From the NCBI GenBank assembly GCA_016938425.1, contig JAFGUR010000083.1, positions 1 to 40,737 on the forward strand: a stretch of DNA of 40,737 nucleotides. The letters are read 5' to 3'. Both the position numbers and the translations under genes were made by a program. Numbering within the stretch: position 1 is the stretch's first letter; each line of letters begins with the position of its first letter. The notes under the pieces are model-generated. The model had not been told where the DNA came from and ran no database searches. It was given only the letters and a program-made list of their open reading frames with translations. The stretch is from Fusobacteriaceae bacterium (lineage in GTDB: Bacteria; Fusobacteriota; Fusobacteriia; Fusobacteriales; Fusobacteriaceae). Shown here piece by piece: positions 35,069-40,737 of this stretch.

Positions 35069-36217
35069 ATGGGTAATCCTAAAAACAAAGTAATTGGTAT
35101 AGTCGGTGGTGGCCAATTAGGTCGTATGACTATTTTAGAAGCAAGGAAAATGGATATAGAAGTTATTGTTTTAACTCCTGAACATCCATCTCCAGCAAGT
35201 GACATTGCAGATCAGTATATAATTGGTTCTTTATATGATGAAAACAAAATTAAAGAATTAGCTGAGAAATGTGATATTTTGAGTTATGAAATTGAACATA
35301 TTAATGTAGATGTCCTTGAAGAAATTGAAAAATCTGGTAAAACTGTAAATCCATCATCTAAAGTATTAAGGGTTATACAAGACAAATCAAAACAAAAAGC
35401 ATTACTAGAAAAATTTGATTTACCGACTTCAAATTGGGACTATGTTAATGAAGATAATCTTGATGACTTAATTAAAAAATATGGCTTTCCAATCGTTCAA
35501 AAATCATGTACTGGTGGATATGATGGAAAAGGTGTTTTTATAATTAAAAGTGAAGATGACTTAAAACATATGTTAAAAGGAAAAACTTTTTTTGAAGAAT
35601 ATATTCCTTTTGAAAAAGAAATTGCTATGATGGTAGCAAGAAATAAAAAAGGTGAAATTAAAACTTATCCTCTTGTAGATATGGTTTTTGATAATACCAC
35701 TAATATGTGTGATATTACTGTTTGTCCTTCAACATCTTCTATAGAAATTCAAACTAAAGCTAAATTAATTGCAGAAAAAGCAATTGAGGCATTAGATGGT
35801 TACGGGATTTTCGGTGTAGAAATGTTTGTTACAAAAGAAAATGAAGTTTTAATTAATGAAATTGCTCCAAGACCACATAATTCTGGTCACTATACCATTG
35901 AAGGAACTTATACTTCACAATATGAGCAATACTTAAGAGCAATTATGAATTTACCTCTAGGTGAAACTACTTATTTAAAGCCTAATGTTATGATAAATTT
36001 ATTCGGAGAATCTGGGTATTCTGGAAAAACATTGGTAGAAGGATTTGACAAAGCTTTAGAAATTGCTGGTGTAAATATCCATCTTTATGGAAAAAAAGAA
36101 ACAAAACCAAATAGAAAAATGGGACATATAACTGTTTTAGATGATAATATAGAGATTGCATTAGAAAAAGCTAAAAAAGCTAAAAATCTTATAAAAATTA
36201 TTTCAGAAGAGGTGTAA
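35069..36217 (+). CDS. purK: N5-carboxyaminoimidazole ribonucleotide synthase
   Basis: ATP-grasp protein (IGIVGGGQLGRM, GYDGKGVF, NEIAPRPHNSGH) immediately upstream of purE. Confidence 0.88.
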   Translation: MGNPKNKVIGIVGGGQLGRMTILEARKMDIEVIVLTPEHPSPASDIADQYIIGSLYDENKIKELAEKCDILSYEIEHINVDVLEEIEKSGKTVNPSSKVLRVIQDKSKQKALLEKFDLPTSNWDYVNEDNLDDLIKKYGFPIVQKSCTGGYDGKGVFIIKSEDDLKHMLKGKTFFEEYIPFEKEIAMMVARNKKGEIKTYPLVDMVFDNTTNMCDITVCPSTSSIEIQTKAKLIAEKAIEALDGYGIFGVEMFVTKENEVLINEIAPRPHNSGHYTIEGTYTSQYEQYLRAIMNLPLGETTYLKPNVMINLFGESGYSGKTLVEGFDKALEIAGVNIHLYGKKETKPNRKMGHITVLDDNIEIALEKAKKAKNLIKIISEEV

Positions 36218-36220
36218 TTT

Positions 36221-36733
36221 ATGATTAAAGTTGGTATTATTATGGGAAGTGACTCGGATTTACCTGTAATGAAAGAGGCTGCTAAAATTTTGGAAGCTTT
36301 TAACATTGAATTTGAATTAACAATAGTTTCTGCTCATAGAACAGTAAAAAAGATGTATGACTACGCAACAAATGCTCATACAAAAGGAATTGAAGTTATT
36401 ATTGCTGGTGCTGGAGGCGCTGCACATTTACCTGGTATGGTTGCTGCTCTTACACATCTACCTGTTATTGGTGTTCCTGTAAAAAGCTCTAATTTAAACG
36501 GATTAGACTCCTTACTTTCTATTGTTCAAATGCCTGGTGGTGTTCCTGTAGCTACTGTAGCAATAAATAATGCTAAAAATGCAGGTATTTTGGCTACTAG
36601 TATTTTAAGCATTAAATATCCTGAAATTGCAGAAAAACTTATAAAATATAAAAATGACATGACTGAAGAAGTTGAAAATAAAGCTGTAAACTTAGAAAAC
36701 ATAGGTTACATAGATTATTTAAAAACTTTATAA
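36221..36733 (+). CDS. purE: N5-CAIR mutase (class I PurE)
   Basis: Motifs [18 protein letters not shown] and [13 protein letters not shown]. Confidence 0.92.
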   Translation: MIKVGIIMGSDSDLPVMKEAAKILEAFNIEFELTIVSAHRTVKKMYDYATNAHTKGIEVIIAGAGGAAHLPGMVAALTHLPVIGVPVKSSNLNGLDSLLSIVQMPGGVPVATVAINNAKNAGILATSILSIKYPEIAEKLIKYKNDMTEEVENKAVNLENIGYIDYLKTL

Positions 36734-36738
36734 TCATT

Positions 36739-36762
36739 AAGGAGCATAATGCTCCTTTTTTT
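36739..36762 (+). terminator. Intrinsic terminator after purE
   Basis: AAGGAGC-ataat-GCTCCTT followed by TTTTT. Confidence 0.75.
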
Positions 36763-36864
36763 ATTATAAATTTTGATGCAAACTACCTACCTTTTTAAAT
36801 CAGTATTTATTTTAATAATTATTATAATAACCGAGGTACTTTTTTACTCATTATAACTTTTTTA

Positions 36865-36893
36865 TTGAAATTTATCTTTATGTACTGTATACT
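36865..36893 (+). promoter_or_regulatory. Sigma70-like promoter of lepB
   Basis: TTGAAA (36865-36870), a 17-nt spacer, then TATACT (36888-36893), about 33 nt upstream of the ATG. Confidence 0.45.
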
Positions 36894-36926
36894 AACCATA
36901 GAATTAAATTTTAGGAGGATTTTTTA

Positions 36927-38075
36927 ATGAATAAAACACTAATGTACGGAATTTTTTATACTATAACCACAGTAATTTTAATTATATATTTTATAATAGA
37001 GAAAAAAATTGAAAAAACTAGAAAAGAACGTTCTATGAAAAAAATTGATAATTTTCTAACTAAACATGATTTATTTATGGGAACTGAAAGAGAACCTATT
37101 GTTAAAAGTTTAGATTTTATGATTTCTCTTGGTTGGGTGATAATTTTAGTATTATTCATACAAAAATTCTATATAGGAAACTTTACTGTTCCAACTGCTT
37201 CTATGGAGCCTACTGTAATTGTTGGTGAGCGTTTTTTTGGTAATATGGTAACTCCTAAATTTAAACTTCCTAAAAGAGAAAGTATTATAATTTTCCGTGA
37301 ACCCATTGAAAATAAGCTAAGATATACTAAAAGACTTGTAGGTTTACCAGGAGAAAAAATTAGTATTAATGACATTGGTCAGCTAGTAATCAATGGTGTT
37401 CCTAAAACTATAAAAGATAATCATTACACTCAAGAAGGGTTAATTGGTACTGATACTTGGACTATTCCTAAAAAAGGAGATAAGATTAAACTTTTAGATG
37501 CTACATTTCAAATTTTAAAAAATGAAATGTCTTTAGAACAACTTCAAAGTTATTTAAAATCAAATAATGGATTTACAGGTGATGGAGAAGGAATTAGTAT
37601 ACAAAAAATGAAATTTTCTATAAATGGCAAAGTTCAAACTAAAGGACTTGACTCATATGTTACAGACAATAACACTATGTTTAAATTACTTAATGGACAA
37701 ACTGTTAGTAATGATGGATATGAAATAAAAATACTTAGTGGAACTTTTTATGTTTCAAAAAATAATATAACTATTGATGAAATTAAAAAAGAAATGAGTT
37801 CAAATCCAAAGTTAGATTTTAGAATTACAACTGGGCATTTTTTATTAAATGCTAAAGATGCTACAGGACCAATATCAGATAAAGATATTTTAACAAAATT
37901 AATTAATGGACAAGAAGTAACTTTAGATAATAACTATATCATGGCTCTAGGTGACAATACTACAAATAGTTCTGACTCAAGATATTGGGGATTTGTAAAG
38001 GATGAAAGAATTTTAGGTACTTTACTATTTAGATATTGGCCTTTAAACAGAATTTCAACTATGACTGATAAATAA
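36927..38075 (+). CDS. lepB: Signal peptidase I
   Basis: Catalytic Ser box PTASMEPTV, then KRLVGLPGE, then GDNTTNSSDSRYWGFV. RBS AGGAGG upstream. A long insert lies between boxes D and E. Confidence 0.85.
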   Translation: MNKTLMYGIFYTITTVILIIYFIIEKKIEKTRKERSMKKIDNFLTKHDLFMGTEREPIVKSLDFMISLGWVIILVLFIQKFYIGNFTVPTASMEPTVIVGERFFGNMVTPKFKLPKRESIIIFREPIENKLRYTKRLVGLPGEKISINDIGQLVINGVPKTIKDNHYTQEGLIGTDTWTIPKKGDKIKLLDATFQILKNEMSLEQLQSYLKSNNGFTGDGEGISIQKMKFSINGKVQTKGLDSYVTDNNTMFKLLNGQTVSNDGYEIKILSGTFYVSKNNITIDEIKKEMSSNPKLDFRITTGHFLLNAKDATGPISDKDILTKLINGQEVTLDNNYIMALGDNTTNSSDSRYWGFVKDERILGTLLFRYWPLNRISTMTDK

Positions 38076-38160
38076 AATGCTTAAATTTATAAAAGAAGTG
38101 GCTCTGTCACATTTAATTTGTACTTATTATATTGATATTTATAGTTTTCTATAATAATAA

Positions 38161-38193
38161 AAAAAGTCAGAAGATTTAACTTCTGACTTTTTT
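38161..38193. terminator. Bidirectional intrinsic terminator
   Basis: AAAAGTCAGAAG-atttaa-CTTCTGACTTTT with A/T runs on both sides, between the convergent lepB and aroB-fusion genes. Confidence 0.7.
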
Positions 38194-38204
38194 ATTCTTA
38201 ATAA

Positions 38205-40163
38205 TTAATCTTCTATCATTATTCCATCTAAAATATCATTTTCTGATACTGTAAATTCATTTTTACTTAATAACTCCATTAAAAATTCTAAAATATAAGT
38301 TCCACCTATAATAAATTCTGCTCTTTTAGGATGTAATCCTATCATTTTTTTTCTTTCTTCTATTGACTTATCTTTGTAATTTTTTAGATTATTCGCTAAA
38401 TCCTCCTTAGTCACTATTATTTTGTGAACTAATTTACTATCATATTCTTTAATTTTATCTCTAACAGTTACTTGTGTTGTTGCAGTTCCAGCTACTGCAA
38501 CTAATTTATAATCTTTAATATTTAAATTTTTTAATTCTTTAAATTCATCAAGAACCCATTCTTTTGCAGGATCAAAATTAGTTATAAAATCATCATTTTC
38601 AAAGAATTTTTCTTTTATTCTTATGGCTCCGACATTAAAACTTTTAATATATTCTATTCCCTTAAAGTCTCCAACTATAACTTCTGTACTCCCTCCACCA
38701 ATATCAATTAAAATTATTTTATCTTTAATATCAAGAGTAGCTCCTTTAAAAGTATAGTTCCCTTCGTCCTGTCCACTTATGCAATCAATTTTAATATTGG
38801 CTTCTACCAAAGCTCTATTTATAAAATAATCTCTATTTTCTGCATCTCTAGTGGCTGATGTTGCCTTTACAACTATATTTGTAACACCCATTTGATCAGC
38901 TAAATTTTTATATTCTTTTAAAACTTTTATTGTTCTATTTATAGCTTCTTCTTTTAAAACTTTACTTTCATTTACCCCTTCACCTAAAGATACTATTTCC
39001 ATTCTTTTAAGATAAGGTACTTTCAAATTTCCATTTTTAACTTCTGCTATAAATAATCTACATGTATTTGTTCCCATATCAATCACAGCTTTTAAATTAT
39101 TTCCATCAATACTATCATAAAACTCTTTAATTTTTTCAATAGATACAGATTCTGTATGAGCCTTCCCTAACTCTTCTGAAAATACGAATTTCAATTTATT
39201 CTCTCTATTTTTTTTATCTCTTTTTAATACTTCTAACATTCTTTCAAAGTCAAATTTAGGTATGTCGTAAGATAATCCATACTTCTCAAAAAGTTCAGAG
39301 CATAAATCACAATATTCTTTTGAAGTAATTCCTAAAAATTCTGCCAATTTATTTGCAAAATTCATACCAATTACTACTCCTTCCCCATGAGTATATACTC
39401 TATAGTCTGTCAAACATTCTACAACATGTCCAAATGAATGACCATAATTTAATAAAGCTCTTATACCATTTTCTTTCTCATCTATACCTACAACTTTAGC
39501 CTTTAGTTCACATGCTTTTGTTATAACTTTTTTTACAACTTCTTCATCCAAACTTAAAAATTTCTGTGAATTAATATTTAAATATTCATAATACTCCATA
39601 TCAAAACATAATGCTATTTTAAGTGTTTCTGCTATACCTGTTTTTATTTCTCTATTACATAATGTTTTTAAAACTCTGTGATCAATGAAAACTAGCTTAG
39701 GCTGATAAAAAGCACCTATTAAATTTTTACCTTTATAATTTATTGCTACCTTGCCACCAACACTGGCATCTACTTGTGCTAATAAACTTGTTGGAATTTG
39801 TACAAAATCTATCCCACGCATATAAGTCGCTGCAATATAACCTGTTAAATCACAAACTACTCCTCCACCAAGAGATATTATTAAACTGTCCCTTGTAAAT
39901 TCCCACTCAATTAACTTATCATAAACTTCCAAAGCTGTATCAATATTTTTATATTCTTCTCCATCTTCAATCTCATAATAAAAAATATCTCTACTTTTTA
40001 AAGCAGTCTTTACTGTTTCACCATAAATTTTACCTACAGTCTTATTAGTAAGTATAAATATTTTAGAATATTTACCTATATAAGAATCAATATTTTCAAG
40101 TTTATCTCCTATTACAATGTTATAACTATTTTCTTTTAAATTAACAAATACCTTCTCTACCAT
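38205..40163 (-). CDS. aroB: Bifunctional fusion: 3-dehydroquinate synthase (N-terminal) plus Ppx/GppA-family phosphatase domain (C-terminal)
   Basis: N-terminal ~350 aa carry AroB motifs (LGGGVVCDLTGYIAATYMRGIDFVQIPTSLLAQVDASVGGK; LNYGHSFGH). From AVIDMGTNTCRLF (about nt 39090) onward the protein has an ASKHA Ppx/GppA fold (IDIGGGSTEV). ATG 40163 after AGGTGGAGG preferred over the track GTG 40175. Confidence 0.8.
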   Translation of the reverse strand: MVEKVFVNLKENSYNIVIGDKLENIDSYIGKYSKIFILTNKTVGKIYGETVKTALKSRDIFYYEIEDGEEYKNIDTALEVYDKLIEWEFTRDSLIISLGGGVVCDLTGYIAATYMRGIDFVQIPTSLLAQVDASVGGKVAINYKGKNLIGAFYQPKLVFIDHRVLKTLCNREIKTGIAETLKIALCFDMEYYEYLNINSQKFLSLDEEVVKKVITKACELKAKVVGIDEKENGIRALLNYGHSFGHVVECLTDYRVYTHGEGVVIGMNFANKLAEFLGITSKEYCDLCSELFEKYGLSYDIPKFDFERMLEVLKRDKKNRENKLKFVFSEELGKAHTESVSIEKIKEFYDSIDGNNLKAVIDMGTNTCRLFIAEVKNGNLKVPYLKRMEIVSLGEGVNESKVLKEEAINRTIKVLKEYKNLADQMGVTNIVVKATSATRDAENRDYFINRALVEANIKIDCISGQDEGNYTFKGATLDIKDKIILIDIGGGSTEVIVGDFKGIEYIKSFNVGAIRIKEKFFENDDFITNFDPAKEWVLDEFKELKNLNIKDYKLVAVAGTATTQVTVRDKIKEYDSKLVHKIIVTKEDLANNLKNYKDKSIEERKKMIGLHPKRAEFIIGGTYILEFLMELLSKNEFTVSENDILDGIMIED

Positions 40164-40215
40164 TGCTACCTCCACCTACTTAAAGTATTTTTTATTTTAC
40201 CAAATAATTTTATAT

Positions 40216-40731
40216 CTACGCTTTTTCTATATAAATTTTTTTTATATCTTCTGCAGTCTCATAAGGAACTTCATTTCCAACTCTAATTGTGTAATCAGCA
40301 GATTTTAAGTATTTTCCCATTCTACTACTTAAAACAGTATTTATCTTATTCCACAATTCGTCTCCCTCAAGCAAAGGTCGTCCTTTAGTATTTTGAAGTC
40401 TTTTATATAAATTTTTCTTATTAACATCTAGAAAAAATACTACACCATCTTTTTTCAAATTTTCTATATTAATTTCATTTAATATAATTCCACCACCAGT
40501 AGATATAATTGCATTATTCATTTTTGATAACTTCATTGCCATATCTTTTTCTAACTGACGAAAATAATCTTCTCCTCTTTCAGAAAATATATCTTGCACT
40601 TTTTTACCTTGTTCTTTTTCAATCTCTAAATCAGTATCAAAAAATTTCATTTCTAAGCTTTTAGACAGTATTTTCCCTACAGTACTCTTTCCACTCCCCA
40701 TAAAACCTATTAATATCAAATTAGATTTCAT
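40216..40731 (-). CDS. aroK: Shikimate kinase
   Basis: P-loop LIGFMGSGKSTVGK, then GGGIIL, then the RPLL lid. 171 aa. Confidence 0.9.
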   Translation of the reverse strand: MKSNLILIGFMGSGKSTVGKILSKSLEMKFFDTDLEIEKEQGKKVQDIFSERGEDYFRQLEKDMAMKLSKMNNAIISTGGGIILNEINIENLKKDGVVFFLDVNKKNLYKRLQNTKGRPLLEGDELWNKINTVLSSRMGKYLKSADYTIRVGNEVPYETAEDIKKIYIEKA

Positions 40732-40737
40732 TTTAAC

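Noticed and set aside
27606-37375. Antisense ORFs 27606-27857, 28650-28916, 29143-29370, 29719-29901, 29909-30109, 30248-30490, 36085-36306, 36956-37159 and 37169-37375
   Set aside because: The reasoning is the same: they lie opposite glyS, cheR, the MCP, purK/purE and lepB. No motifs or RBS were found.
37330-37960. Insert of about 190 aa between boxes D and E of signal peptidase I, considered as a novelty
   Set aside because: Large, variable beta-rich insertions at this position (domain II) are a known feature of many type I signal peptidases. There is nothing anomalous in the sequence.

Overview
This is a very AT-rich chromosomal segment whose gene content looks Fusobacteriaceae-like; that taxonomic guess is inference and no search was run. 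All calls come from motifs read in the supplied translations and from repeats read directly in the DNA.

Most of the window is housekeeping:
- class III ribonucleotide reductase (nrdD and nrdG, with tandem NrdR boxes)
- tex, ileS-lspA-glyQ-glyS, purK-purE, lepB
- an aroB fusion gene and aroK
- a MATE exporter and a FadL-type outer-membrane protein

The best candidate for a system is a self-contained two-gene cassette at about 8.95-11.85 kb. It encodes an ABC/SMC-type P-loop ATPase overlapping an HNH nuclease, has its own promoter and terminator, and sits divergent from nrdD. The architecture resembles Septu (PtuA/PtuB) anti-phage modules, but both proteins carry large regions I cannot assign.

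Other points worth a second look:
- A roughly 250 bp MITE-like element (family A) occurs in three copies. It has 17-bp terminal inverted repeats, a perfect 10-bp target-site duplication in one copy, and a GC-rich conserved core.
- A second small palindromic MITE (family B) occurs in two copies, one nested inside a family A copy.
- One cytoplasmic protein fuses a chagasin-like domain to a stefin/cystatin-like domain (QVVAG).
- NrdD carries a C-terminal CPKC thioredoxin-fold domain.
- A cheA-cheW-mcp-cheR operon has a CheA lacking P2 and P5, with no CheY or CheB in the window.
- An orphan sensor kinase has its H-box histidine replaced.
- AroB is fused to a Ppx/GppA domain.
- A histidine phosphatase lipoprotein carries the MINPP-type HAE motif.

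No rRNA, tRNA, CRISPR array, integrase or transposase gene was seen.
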